DNA of 63,114 nucleotides, counting the filler, from Octopus bimaculoides (Eukaryota), in the NCBI RefSeq assembly GCF_001194135.2. It is 3 parts of 3 records of this genome, joined end to end, with 100 filler letters (N's around TTAATTAATTAA, not from the genome) between each part and the next. Parts side by side here need not be neighbours in the genome. Positions count along the whole stretch, not along the records: positions 1 to 24,375 come from NC_068985.1; 2 more parts are not named here. One strand, given 5' to 3'. The position numbers and the translations under genes were made by a program. Shown in pieces: positions 1 through 13,410 of the stretch. A model generated the notes under the pieces. That model saw nothing but the letters and a program-made list of their open reading frames with translations. It searched no databases and had not been told where the DNA came from. How positions within the stretch are numbered: position 1 is the first letter of the stretch; every line of letters starts with the position of its first letter.

Positions 1-333
1 ATGCATATGACAACACAGCCCTTGACTCACTCACACTGTCTCTTACAAACGCGCGCACATACATACGTGTGTCTTTGTAAATATGTTTGTATACATTTAT
101 GTATGTGTGTGTTTGTAAGAGACAGAGTGTGAGTGAAAGAGAGAGGTTTGTTGTCATGTATACGTACATGCATAAATATACATACATCTTTGGATGTATG
201 CATATGACAACACAGCCCTTGACTCACTCACACTGTCTCTTACAAACGCGCGCACATACATACGTGTGTCTTTGTAAATATGTTTGTATACATTTATGTA
301 TGTGTGTGTTTGTAAGAGACAGAGTGTGAGTGA
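1..333. repeat. Exact direct duplication of 136 bp (1-136 = 198-333), period 197
   Basis: atgcatatgacaacacagccc...gacagagtgtgagtga is read twice, identically. Confidence 0.9.
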
Positions 334-706
334 GTAAAGGGGTGTGTGTGTATGTGTGTGCGTGTGTATGTGTGTGAGAGAGCGGTGTGTATGTAGTATT
401 TACTCTCTCTCTCTCTCTCATACACATGAACACACAAAATAGAGAGTGAAGCTTTTTGCGGTTGTTACGTCAATACCGGAAGTTGACATTGAGGAACCTT
501 TTTAAAGAAGTGAATCTTAAATATAAAGCAATATTATTTATTTTTAATTAAAAAAATCAAATGAAGAGCCTAAGATTTATCCGAGGTCAAATTATTCATG
601 CACTACAAGTATGGAAGCATTTGGTGAAGTCGATTTCACGTGAAAAGCGATTACACACACATCTCTGTTTTATATATAGTATAGATATATATAATATATA
701 TATATC

Positions 707-866
707 ATAGGCACAGGATTGGCCGTGTGGTAAGAAGCTTGCTTAACAACCACATAGTTCCAGGTTCAGCCCCACTGCGTAGCACACTGGGCAAGTGTCT
801 TTGACTATAGTCTTGGGCTGACCAAAGCCTTGTGAGAGGATTTGGTAGACAGGAACTAAAAGAAGC

Positions 867-897
<31 letters not shown>

Positions 898-1058
898 TTG
901 TATGTCTGTGTTTGCCCCCCCCCCTCCCCCAATCACTTGATAACCAATGTTGGTGTGTTTACATTCCCATGTCTTAGCAGTTCGGCAAAGGCATCCGATA
1001 GAATCAGTACCTGGGATTGATTTGTTCAACTAAAGGTGACTGTAACAAGTAAAAGTAA
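707..1058 (+). mobile_element. tRNA-derived SINE family A (CORE-like centre, internal TA/TG microsatellite)
   Basis: Head ggcacaggattggccgtgtggtaagaagcttgc...ccaggttcagcccc (A/B-box-like), CORE-like ctgggcaagtgtc, internal (TA)n, and a 3' half shared with the copies at 16656 and 41994. Confidence 0.8.
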
Positions 1059-1069
1059 TGACTGTTTTT

Positions 1070-1745
1070 ATCATCATCATTTAAAGTCTGCTTTCCATGC
1101 TGGCATGGATTGGATGATTTGACTAGAAACTGGTAAGCTGCAGTAATCTGATTTGGCAAGGTTTCTACATCTGGATGCCTTTCCTAATGCCTCCTAATGC
1201 CAACCACTCCAAGAGTGTAGTGGATGCTTTATATGTGCAACCAGCATGGGTGCCACTGACCTGATACCAGCATTGGCCATAACTACAGTCTCATTTGGTT
1301 TGACAGGTGTACACAACACACAGTGTATTGCAAAAGGACTTGGTCACCAGTCACTGCCTCCATGAGGCCCAACACTCAAACGGTGCTTTTTACATGCCAC
1401 CTGCATGGATGCCAGTCAGATGGCACTGGCATCAGCCATGACTACAATTTCACTTGGCTTGGACACAAGCACAGCATATTGCCCAATGCATGAAGGGCGC
1501 TTTTAACAGGTCAATTACATGACACTGCTATCAGCCACAACTATGATCTCGCTTAGCTTGATGGGTCTTAAGCATGGCATATCACCAAAGGTCTCAGTTG
1601 CTTGTCATTACCACTGTGAGGCCCAACATTTGTAGATCATGCGTCACCACCTCATCCCATGTCTTCCTGAGTCTACCTCTTCCATAGGTTCCCTCCACCG
1701 TTAGAGTGCAACACTTCTTCACACAGTTGTCCTCATCCATATGCA
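1070..1745 (-). mobile_element. RTE-clade LINE 3' end (ORF C-terminus, 3' UTR, (TGA)n tail)
   Basis: Minus-strand translation VMHMDEDNCVKKCCTLTVEGTYGRGRLRKTWDEVVTHDL resembles the RTE post-RT GRPRKTW region. The 3' UTR matches copies at 15724, 19219 and 52051 and ends in (TGA)n. Confidence 0.8.
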
Positions 1746-3250
1746 TCACAAGACCAGACTGATTCTAGTGGTACAAAAGAAGCACCTCTTAAGATCATCC
1801 AGTAGCAATGACTTCCAAAAAACACTGAAGCCATCAACAGCCCATGCTTTTGCAAGTTGGCTTTTCATATCCTTTTCTGCAGGTGCAATGTTAGTTCTTA
1901 AGTACAATATGGACTCGACAAATTCTATAGGGTTTTGTTTGCTTGTACTTATTGCACCCTTCCAATTACAGTAGAGTTTTTGGAGCCTTGATATAAAGGC
2001 CAATAACTTCTGCCACTTTTTTCATGTCATATAGAAGAGTGGTAGCTTCTGAGACAGAATCTGCAAAGAGAGCAATATCAACAACATAAACAACATCAGT
2101 TATTGATGTGGCTGGGTGACAAGGCGTTGTAGATTTTGCTTGAGTGAAGCAAAGTTCTTTAATTTTGTCCATTAAAGTGCAAAGAATATAGTCCAGGTAG
2201 ATAATAAATAGGAATGGTGCAAGCATATTACTTTGCAAGATGCCTGCATTAATATTAAAGAACTTTCCTTCAAGTAATTGTACTTTAGCTTATGTTCTTA
2301 GAGAACATCATTACAGCTACTGCACTACTGCATCTTGTGGTGTACCACATGTAAGAAAAATCTGTTCCATTTTGCATTACAGGGCAGTCAAAAGGTTTTG
2401 AGAAGTCTACAAACAGTAAGACAGCTTTTTAACCTTATCTACCACAATGATTCTCCTAACCGTAAACTGATTTTTTTTTTCTGAACCTGTATTCGTTTCT
2501 GCATAAGACTTTCACAGTTCTGGCTATATATGGTTCAGCAACAAACAATCTGTTGTAGATTCTCATTTGTCACTGTGAGAGGAAACCCTTTGTAATTTTT
2601 AGTCAAGCCTGAATTACCTTTCTTGAAAATGGAATAACACAATCTTCAGACCACTTACTAAATTACATTTTGACTGTATCCATGCTACAAAATTGAAAGA
2701 GGATATCACTGAGGTTTATTTTCCAGACTTCTTATGAAATATTATTAAAGAGCTATCTTCCTCAGTGAGCTCATATAGTGAAAAATCAGATTCATGCTTA
2801 ATCGCAGTCTTTGCAGGTCTATTTGCTGGGAGATTAGCAAAGAAGAAGTTTCTGAAATGTTCCTTTTATTGGTTTCTTGCAGACATATGGATTTTAGTTT
2901 CAATTAACATGTACTTTTCCTGCCACTTTTATTGGCAGTTTATCATGCCAAGGAAGATTGTTTGTTTGCTACTGCTGCTGCTGCATGCACAATCAAATCT
3001 ATTTTGCTTTCACTATATTTCTGTTGTGCATTTTTATAAGTGTAAAACTGTGCCAAGTTTTTTCTCTTTTTTTTTGAAGTTTTGGTTGGCTCTAAACAGG
3101 TGGCACACTTCAATTGTTTGTGTTGTTCAGCAACTGCTTCAGATTCTCATAGGATCTGAGATCTGATGGAAAAGCATTACTGATGAGAGGCAACAAAATT
3201 GTTATCTGTTGCATTTGGAGAGTTGGTTTCAGTTTCTCCTTGCAATGTCT
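1746..3250 (-). mobile_element. Degraded non-LTR retrotransposon reverse transcriptase fragment (RTE superfamily)
   Basis: Frameshifted minus-strand RT motifs in the expected order: SGRKST..KEHFRN, KKGNSGLTKNYKG, LLLNHI.PEL, LAPFLFIIYLDYIL, ITDVVYVVDIALF (decayed YADD), IGLYIKAPKT, KDMKSQLAKAW, WKSLLLDDLKRCFF. Confidence 0.85.
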
Positions 3251-3754
3251 TAAACTTGTATTTGAAAGAGAGAATGCATTGTTGACATACAGAGAAAATC
3301 CAGAGAAAATTCTTCCATACAGAAGAAATTTTGAGATTTTCTGCTTAATTATATTCTAGTTGATCGTATATAATGGTCAAAACTAACTCTTCATACTTTA
3401 GTACATCATTTCTCTCCTATTTTTATTTATGAATAAGTAATTAAGTTGAAGGTTTGATACTGTTGGAACAGGTTATGCATCCATAGTTTAGATCTATTTT
3501 TGAAATGTGATTTTTAAGCATGGTAGGCTATACTTTAATCTACTTATACCACAAGTACCTTTCAACAGCATCAAATCAGAACATTTTTTCATGTGGTACA
3601 TCTTCCATTTGCATTATATATTAGCAGTTCCCTGTCTGCTTGTCATGCTTAGTCAATGCTGCACATCTAACGGATGATATTCAACTTGTTCCTCTCCACT
3701 CATGGCAAACTACTTGAATTTATGTTGTTTCCGGCTACACAGTATCATACATCC

Positions 3755-3990
3755 CATAGGTGGTGAGCTGGCAGAATCGTTAGCACGCCGAGCGAAATGC
3801 CTAGCGGTATTTCGTCTGCCGTTACGTTCTGAGTTCAAATTCCGCCGAGGCTGACTTTGCCTTTCATCCTTTCGAGGTCGATAAATTAAGTACCAGTTAC
3901 TCACTGGGGGTCGATGTAATCGACTTAATACCTTTGTTTGTCCTTGTTTGTCCCCTCTATGTTTAGCCCCTTGTGGGCAATAAAGAAATA
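3755..3990 (+). mobile_element. Full-length young tRNA-derived SINE family B with 14-bp target-site duplication
   Basis: TSD agtatcatacatcc at 3741-3754 and 3991-4004. Head ggtgagctggcagaatcgttagc...gagttcaaattcc, core gcctttcatcctttcgaggtcgataaattaagtaccag, CpGs intact. Confidence 0.9.
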
Positions 3991-6900
3991 AGTATCATAC
4001 ATCCTATATTGTACACATAGTCTACTTTAAAACAGAAAAAAAAAATGCTATATTGCCAATAAAATAATCAATTCCCTGAATTTCAACTATTCTCAAACTC
4101 TAGTCATTATACTGTCCTTGGCAGCTTTCGTTCACCTACATATTGTCTTATTAATACTTCAAATGAGTTACGTAAAAGCTATATAGCCATCAATCGATGG
4201 CTACTCCAATGCATAAGTGCACCTAAAAGTCTGATTCTCTGAACCCTTCCACATTTTGTAAATTTCAGCTTGTTCCTTTCCTGCATTCCAGTCACAGTGA
4301 CTTGACTAATGAAGATAGAGTTTTGTAGCTCTAAACTGTTAGTAGCTAGTATCTTATCCATTACTGCATTCAATTTCATTCAAATCTACAAGTTCAGAAT
4401 AGCTGCAGTTGTTTTAAATAGACTCATCAATTCTATCTATGTAATATAAAGATATCCTCCATCACTATCCAGTTCTGAAATCTTTTAGAATAGTCTCAAT
4501 GACTAGAATGAAATGTATACATGTTCATTCATACTGTTGAATCAGTTGCTCGCCAACTTAGCTATGAGGCTTGTTAGTCTAAAAACAAATCTTACCCAGA
4601 ACTAATACACAATAACTATACTACAAATTTAAGTTTTATATTAAAAAGAATCTACAAAATAGCATGTGTATCAAAGAAAATAAAATTATCATAAACTCCA
4701 TAATACAACCAAAACATTAAAATAACTGCTTAATTTGCAGAAAAATAGTAGATAATGCTATAATACTCAAACTAATAGTCAGCAAACACGATGAGGTGTA
4801 ATGTAGAAATCAAAGATAAAGTTAGTACAAGCTTGAGAGATAACCTCTCCTTAGCTTGAATTATTATACTATTGCTCTGATGTTGAGAAAGGTTTAACCC
4901 TTTTGTCACCATATTTCTGTTAAAACACACTGCCCCTATTCCAATTAATTCAAAAAATAATGGAAAATTTAGTGAACTTCATCATTAACAAGCTGTTTGG
5001 AACATAAATTAACGTGAAATTTTGATGGAAGGGTTTAATTAAGGTAATTCTAAGCAGCAAGTCTCAGGTGGGTTGATATCAAAAGGGTTAAAGGAAGTGT
5101 GCAGCTCAAAAGTTGGAGAAGAGAATATAGTTGCAGTAATACCACATAATAATGAAACTGGAGCAGTAAAAACAAGGGGAAAAAAACAAAATTAAATAGA
5201 CATATATAATGTAAATACTTCAAAGACAATATCTGAATCTTTAAGTTATAAATGATACAAAATGTTAGAAGAGAAAGTATATTAAGAGAAGCAATGATGA
5301 AATGAATAATAGTTATGATGAAGATATGGAATTGATAGCTAAATTGAATTTACTTGGAAATTAAGACAGAGAAAACTGATATTAAAAAAAGCAAGCCAGC
5401 TGACTTAAAATCTTGCAAGCAATGACAACTAATTGTTATTAATGTATATAATGATGCGTACAATTATTTTTCCAATTCTTTACTTCTATTTTTCAATGAG
5501 ACAATAGTTTCAGCAAAACTGCTTATTTACTCAGATATTTGCTCATACTTTTGGATAAATGAATGATTGGATACCAAAACTATATAAAAAAAAATAACTA
5601 ATATTTATTTTCCAAACCAGAAAAAAGAAAAAAATCAATAATCTCCTTGACTTCCAATGTAAGAAATTATGCAATGAGATATTTTAAAACACTCATCTGA
5701 AAAGTAAAGAATCAAAACAATTTAGAAATCCAAAATTATGTGTATACACACATACATCTCAGATAACAAAATTTTGACATGAAGTATTTGGCTGCCAAAA
5801 TTATAAGATCTCATAGAAAAAGGATGTAAAAAAATTTGGTAAATCAACAATGAATCTTCATAGAAAAAGCACAAGTAACTAAAAATGGGAAGAAAAAAAA
5901 CAAGGCAAGATATGATGCACAGTACCTAAATTCAGTTTTCCTTTGCTAAATATCATATAGGTACTGTTTTAGGTAGTTAGATATGATAATTCTATTTTTA
6001 CCCAGCAAAGCAATGGAAGCTCAGCTTAAAAGCTTACTGAATACTACTAAATTGCAAAAACTTCCTAAGAAAGTGCAAAATAAGAAAAACAATGTTGCAC
6101 TCAGCACGTGATAATAATTAAATTAAAACAATACAATATATTTAGTAAAAAATTAAAACTATTCAGCAATAAGTACAAAAAAAATATCCCAACTAGCAAA
6201 AACTCTAGTGAGGACAGTAAAGAAACATCACATTGCCATTTTACAATGCAGTAGACTAAACACATGTCCTTAGTCATATATATACTAGGCATTTGTTGCA
6301 TGCAATAAACTAACATTGAAATAAGATACAACAATGCCATAAAAAATATTACAGACAGAAAAAAATAGCAGAAGTGGTAAAAACTCCTTAGCTGAAAGAA
6401 GAAGGGGAATGAATGACTTACACAGTTTATAGAGTATGTTACTAAATTGTACAACATACTGCATGGACCAGCTATGCAGTTAGACAATTGAAAACATAAT
6501 GCAGATTTCAGTTATGCATTAAAAGCAGATTTCTGAAATGTGCCCAAAGTGTAGTCTATAAATGACAGAAAAATGCATGTTTTTACAGGATCTTCATTTT
6601 TCAAGAAACCAAATACATAGATGCACAAAAAATGAATAACAAACTGAAAATCAAGTTAACAACAGTTTTTCTATATATTTTTTAAACCTGCTAAGGATTA
6701 ATTAAAGATGCTACTCTTTGGAATAATAGAAATTTCTCATAATAAAATTATTTGGGGGGAATGAAAACACACATTTCAATTTACTTTCACAAAAATTCAG
6801 CACAAAATTACTGCAGGAGTTACTTGAACACAAACTAGATAATTCATTAAAAAAAATTCACTAATTTATATTTGCCTGACATTCTAAGCAGAGCCATGCT

Positions 6901-7214
6901 ACCATAAAATGCCTTGTGTCAGCAGTGATTGCATCACAACTAAACTATCTGCAACACTTTAAACATTCAACAAATCTAGTTCTGACAAATTTTAAATGTT
7001 ATAATTAGTCAGAAGAGGGGAAAAAATTAAAATTTTAAATTTTTGTAATATTTACTTATTCTTCCTTGGCAGAAAATATACACCCACATTTGTAACTAAA
7101 GATGGAAAATCTTTAAAAAGATTATATAAGGAATTTTGTCATTTGTTATCTTCTGATATTTTTCAACTTTTCCAGATGGCCACAAATTTGTAAGGAGAGT
7201 ATCTAGTTGTTAAA

Positions 7215-7458
7215 GGCACGTGGACTAGTTAGTGTTGCATTCACAATCACAAAATCATGTGTTCAATTCCTGAAAAGAGCAATGCTTTGTGTTCTTGACC
7301 AAAACACACTTTGCTCCAGTTCATTCAGCTGTAAATGAATAACCCTGCAACAGACTGGCATCCTATTTAAGGGAAGGAAGTGTTATGATCTCAGCCATTT
7401 ATATGTCATGAAAACCAGCTAACTACCCCTGTGTCCTAGGACTCGAGACAGGGAATGG

Positions 7459-7490
<32 letters not shown>

Positions 7491-7492
7491 GT
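7215..7492 (+). mobile_element. Old tRNA-derived SINE with (TGA)n tail
   Basis: Decayed head tggactagttagtg...gtgttcaattcctg, centre agctgtaaatgaataaccctgcaacagactggcatcc, tail (gat)n at about 7458-7492. Confidence 0.5.
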
Positions 7493-9002
7493 GTATGGTT
7501 AATAGAACCAATTCAGTATTTGAGGAGGACTTATTTTATCAATATCCAAGGGATAAAAGGCAAAGTGAACCCCAGCAGAATTTGAGGCCACAACATAAAG
7601 CCACATTATAAACACTTGAAATGGTTAAAGAGAATGCAAAACTGTGCTAGAAAGAACTTAAAAATGAAGGTAGTGTTTAAAGTTCTGATCAATAATGCTT
7701 GTAACAAAGAGGATTAACTAGCAATTAGTCAATAACAATTACTGTAAAAAGTCAATATAAAGTTTTTAATAGTTACTAACCTTCAGACTGATTTAATCCT
7801 TGTGTAAATAACAATCTACACCAACAAAACAATTAAATCTAACTTCTCAATGAGATCATTAAAGTTGAGGAGTTATAAAAATATAGTCATATGTAAAGAA
7901 CAATGACCTATTAGTTCAATAACTTTGGCAATATGCAAATTCATTACAATTACTAGATAGAACTTGCAATATATCCCATAACTAAAAATGCAAAAATAAA
8001 TCTTAAGGGTTTCATGAGTAAGAAAAATTAGCTAAACATTACCCCAAACCAATCAAACTTTACTTTGATAATACTCTTAGAACAAAAAAACATCCTTTCA
8101 CTGAAATCAGAATGTTTAATACTGAAATTTTGCAAGAAATTCATACTGACTAGCATAAACAATAAAAAGTAAAACCAGACAATGTGTCCTATCTGAAATC
8201 CAACAATACAATAGTTTAAGATTTCCACAGATCTTTCCAAATGATATGATATTAGAAATGATGATAAAAGTACCAATTATTACCATAAATGATTAACAAA
8301 TGTTTCACTCAAAACGAAACAAACAAAAACCAGTCCATTAAGAACTATAGACTGCTATTTTTAATATCAATATTTTAATCTTGTTACCACCCATAGACAG
8401 AAAGACAATTTGTACAACACTTGTCACTCAACAAGTCTAAACAGGAGGATCCATGAAATAAATATAAGAAATGCTAAAAAGATAAGGAAATAAGGCTTTT
8501 CATACATAAAGAGAAACAAGAGCAAAGTTATCACCTCTCCAATCTGTCTTAATGGGTAAAACTTTAAGTATTAAAATGTTAGCCACAGCTGGAGGTATTT
8601 GTAGGTTTCCTTTTACTCCTTGATACAGCCACAGAGTAATTCAGACCCTGATCAATTTAAATACATTAATGCTCCTTATTTTATCAACTCCCAAAAGAAT
8701 GAGGATTTAGCATCCCAGAGTATAAACAAGGCTTTAGAAAACAAGTTTGTTTTGTGATGGAGCACTGGACTAGGAGAGACAATGAACAGTTTGATGATGT
8801 TCTATTTTCTTAAAAAAACAAAACTTGAAAGAGAGATGGAAAGCGAGTAGGTTGAATCAAATTTGGTGGATTAACTCTGTAGATTGGGGTTATATACACA
8901 GGATTGTTAATTCTATAAGATGATATACAGTAATTCCTTGACTATTGTGGGTGCTATATTCCAAAATCTCCTGTGATAGGTGAAAACCTTGCTTAGTAGA
9001 AA

Positions 9003-9797
9003 CAGTATTGGGATCTTTGTGATTTGACGGGCAACACTTGTTTTCTTAACGAAACACTTTCAAACTTGGGACACTGGTAGAATGTGTCATATAAAACAAC
9101 AACTTCTCTTAACCTTCTTAACAAAAAATTGTACATCGCAAGTTATTTCATGTTAAAGTTGTCGTATTTCTGTAATTTCAACCAATCACTGACGTCTATT
9201 CAGCTGAATACAGTTAGTGTTGTTCGGTGTCAAGTGTGTTATTCCCTGTTTAATTATATCATTATTCCCTAGTAAGGGTTTAGGGTGTTAGGGTTCGGGT
9301 TAGGGTTATGAGTTATAAGGGTTAGAGTTAAGGTCATGNNNNNNNNNNNNNNNNNNNNNNNNNNNNNNNNNNNNNNNNNNNNNNNNNNNNNNNNNNNNNN
9401 NNNNNNNNNNNNNNNNNNNNNNNNNNNNNNNNNNNNNNNNNNNNNNNNNNNNNNNNNNNNNNNNNNNNNNNNNNNNNNNNNNNNNNNNNNNNNNNNNNNN
9501 NNNNNNNNNNNNNNNNNNNNNNNNNNNNNNNNNNNNNNNNNNNNNNNNNNNNNNNNNNNNNNNNNNNNNNNNNNNNNNNNNNNNNNNNNNNNNNNNNNNN
9601 NNNNNTCAATAGACGTCAGTGATTGGTTGAAATTACCGAAATATGACAATTTTTTACATGAAATAACTTAGTATACAAATTTTTTTATCTGTTCTATAAC
9701 ACAAAATATACAAGTATTCGAAGTTTGAAAGTGTTTCGGTACCAAAAACACTACATAAAAAAATGTTGCCCGTCAAATCACAAAGATCCCAGTACTG
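9003..9797. mobile_element. MITE / non-autonomous DNA transposon with ~195-bp terminal inverted repeats and internal telomere-like repeats
   Basis: Left end cagtattgggatctttgtgatttgacgggcaaca...aaccaatcactgacgtctatt (9003-9200) is the reverse complement of aatagacgtcagtgattggtt...tgttgcccgtcaaatcacaaagatcccagtactg (9606-9797). TA follows the right end and AA precedes the left end (Tc1/mariner-like CAGT end). Degenerate ttaggg units lie at about 9274-9335, before the gap. Confidence 0.85.
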
Positions 9798-9954
9798 TAC
9801 TGTATTTTTTAAATTTTTTTTTTTTTTTTTTATAATTTGTATATATTTACTTTATTATAAATGCAAAACAGCACCACGGAGGAATGGACATAAGCTTAAA
9901 TAATCCACAATAGGTGAACTGCAATATAGTGAAGGTTTACTGTACACCAATATA

Positions 9955-10325
9955 TAATTTGTATCACAGACACAAGTACTGACCCAAGTACTTGACTGGT
10001 ACTTTACTTTGTTGACCCTAAAAGGACAAAGGGCAAAATCGAGCATGGCAAGGTTTGAACTCAAAACATAAAAAACCATAACTAAATAATTTTCAAATTT
10101 GGATACAAGGCCAGTAATTTCACTTTAAGAGGGGAGGGGGGTTAGTTGATTACATCAGTCCCAGAGCTCAACCAGTACTTATTTTATTGGCCTGGAAAAA
10201 GTAAAAAGCAAAGTCAACTTTGGCAGAATCTGAACCTTAAAAGTAAAAGCCAGGAGAAATGACACTAAGCAGCAAGACATTTTGTACAGTGCTCTAACAA
10301 CTCTGCCAATACACCATTCCATTAT
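9955..10325 (-). mobile_element. Two tandem degraded SINE family B fragments
   Basis: Repeated ggtacttt..ttgacc..aaaggac/gcaaagtcaac..ggcagaatctgaac motifs, the reverse complement of the 3755 core. Confidence 0.65.
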
Positions 10326-10466
10326 ACAACAATATATGACTAATGCTAGCAACCAATGATTTCAGAGTTGGTTGCTAAATCTTCACATGAACACCCCCAT
10401 CTCCACTCTTTGTTCTGCTGTCTCAGTAAATAACACATTAAAGCTTAAATAGACACCAGTTTCAAC

Positions 10467-10500
<34 letters not shown>

Positions 10501-11530
10501 TACTCATATATAGGCAAGACTGACAATTTTTATCAGTGTTGACTGCATTTAGATTAATGTCAAGCATTACCAGGCAGCTCGTTCCAATTGACAATTAGAT
10601 TTTGAAGTTCAACAAAGACACTCAGCTGAAGTGATTCATATTAGACTGAATCAAAATCATAAGATTAATTTTTTTTTTTTTTTTACATATACATAGCTTC
10701 ACCTAGAACAAATGTTTTAACAAAAGGAAACAATTTTAACTGTAAACAGTCTTTTTAATATACATTGAGTGAAGTTATATATTCTATCAACAGTCAATGT
10801 TTGCATTTATTTTTTTATCTTATTTTTCCAAGTCTATACATTTTCCTTGCTGATTGTCAGTCAAGTTTGTTCTTTTTCAGAGTTACTGCCCTCCTGTATG
10901 GGCTAAAGGATCATGTCTTGCTCAGATGTATTGGTTTTGGCATAGTCTCTATGGTTGGATCCCTTCCAAACACCAACTATTATAAGATGTACTGGTAGAG
11001 TTTTTGTGTGTGGAGGGTACCAACACTGGAGAAGTTTTTATGTTCTTGGAAGACTAAAGAGTCCCCCTGACTTTATTATGTTGTCTCTGCTCAATTCACC
11101 AACCTCTTTACAGACTGGTATTGTGTAGTTTATTATGGCACCAGCATTGGTGAGGTTGCCTTGCAACTTGCAACAAGACTATACAGTTCCTACTACTCTG
11201 AGAGGTAGAACACAAGAAAGAGTGACAACATGGGACAAATTTCAAAATATTCCCTTAACTGGCATCAAAATAATTAATAGGTCCCTCATCATTTAGTGTT
11301 CACTTTTCCATGTTTGCATGGATTAGACAGAATTTGGTGAGGCAAATTTTCTATGGCTGGCAGCCCTCCTCATCACCAACCCCGATGTTTCCAGGCAAGG
11401 TAATATTTCTCTATGGGTCAGACATGATTTTCATGAAAGACTGGAAACTAATAACACCACCTGTATGACTGTGATACACGTTTACAATCATCAAATGATG
11501 TCAAGACAAGTGTACACACAAACACACACC

Positions 11531-11755
11531 CATGGACTTCTTCCAGTTTCCATCAACCAAATCTATTCTCAAAACTTTGGTCAACCCAGAGCTATAGTAG
11601 AAGGCACTTATCCAAGGTTGCATGGTTAGGAAACTAGCTTCTTAACCACACAGGCAAGCCTGTACCTTGGAATTGAATTCAAGAACATATGGTTAGGAAG
11701 TAAGCTTCTTAATCACACAACCACACCTGTACCTGCACATAACCACACCTGTACC
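11531..11755 (-). mobile_element. Degraded SINE family A with additional duplicated heads
   Basis: Reverse complement of the family A head (gcttcttaaccacac..gcctgtacc) occurs two to three times in series. Confidence 0.6.
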
Positions 11756-13034
11756 TTTTTATATTTTATATATATATGCACCTACAGAGAATAGGCTGAA
11801 TAATGTCAGGTGTGAAAATCACCATATGTTACAAGAATAAAACAAAATTGGGTAAAGTTAAAAAATCATTAAGACAATAAAGCTGATTCACAGCTAAGTT
11901 AAGGCAGATCCTTTGAGCCTACTTCCTCACCACTGTACTAAGATATATATATATATATATAATTAGGGTCTCCAAGAGAAATTTCCCATAGCACAACAAA
12001 ACTGCCTTTGGGCCCCAAAAGGAAGAATTCCCTCTAAATTCAAGGGCCCTATGAAATTTTTTCTTTTTAGGGAGGAGCCCAGCAGATAGTCTTCATCCTA
12101 GGCCCATTGCCAGACTTTGGTGCCTGGGGGTCTTGAGAATATTCTGGGTCAGCATTAATTTGTTATAATGCTAAACTGGAGTTTTGAAATTAGGGTATCA
12201 CTGTAAATCTGAGGGTGCACCATTGAATAGTGATGGAGCAGTGCCGTCCAATGCACCCTGCTTAGCAACAGGCATGCTCGATTCTCTCCTTGATTCCCCA
12301 TGCCCCAGGTCAATGTACCAGCTGATTCCACACCTCTTAAGGGCGCTGTGTATATTTATCTTTTCACAATACAGCCACATTTGAAATGATCATCTAATAA
12401 CAAATCATAAAATACTTAGCAAGTATTTATCTAAATAAACCAATCAAACATACCAATGCGTGGAAGGGTAAACAATTGGAATTTTAAAATTCAAACATAG
12501 TGTTTGACAAAGGATAAAGTTACAATAGCTCATCACAGGAAATAAATACTGGAAAAGCCTGAAAAATTAAGCTTCTAACTCATTACTGAATCCAAGGCTG
12601 CTTAACATGAAACAGATTACAAAACTTAATTAGTCGTAATCGTTACCATATTTACAAAATAATGATTGTGACAGTCATCCAAAATCTATTTTCTATTCTA
12701 AAATAAGATCTCAGGCAAGTGTTGGCAGTAAAACTAATTCTCAAGTTCCTGAGAATATAATTCAGTTCAGCAAACAACTGACATAAAATATGAACTCAAT
12801 TATTGCAAGGATATTAAGTAGAATTGCTCAGATAAAGATTTTAATTAGCTCTTGAAAGTAAATACTTATTCTAATTTAACACATAAAACCTGCACCTCCT
12901 CAACTGCAACTTTGCTAAAAAAATTTAATGTTTTGCTAATGATAAGAGAAATCTAACGTGTAGTTAATGTAATTTTTATAAAATCATTAAACTACAAATA
13001 ATACAACAAATATTAGTTTCAAATTTTCGCAACC

Positions 13035-13410
13035 ATGAGGGAAAAAGTCAATTAGATCAACTCCAGTACTCAACTGGTACTTATTTTATCAAAGGATGAA
13101 AGGCGAAGTCAATCTCAGTGGAATTTGAACTCAGAACGTGAAGACAGACAAAAAGCCACTTAGCATTTTGCCCAGCATGTTAATGATTCTACCAACTCAT
13201 TGCCTTAATAAAACAAATATTAAAAACGATTATGGTTTCAAAATTTGGCACAAGGTCAGTCGATTACACTCTTCCCAATGCTCAACTGGTACTTATTTTA
13301 TCAACTCTCAAAGGATGAAAGGCAAAGTTGACCTCAACAGAATTTGAACTCTGAAGAAATGTTGCTAAACATTTTGTCTGGCGTGCTTATGATTCTGCCA
13401 GTTTGTTGCT
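13035..13410 (-). mobile_element. Two tandem degraded SINE family B copies
   Basis: caactggtacttattttatcaa..aaggatgaaaggc..gaatttgaactc occurs twice. Confidence 0.75.

Noticed and set aside
2765-3166. 133-aa plus-strand ORF
   Set aside because: It is antisense to the decayed LINE ORF and has no protein motif.
12198-12384. GC-richer island with short ORFs on both strands
   Set aside because: No usable splice sites keep a frame open and no motif is recognised. It is probably an old repeat fragment.
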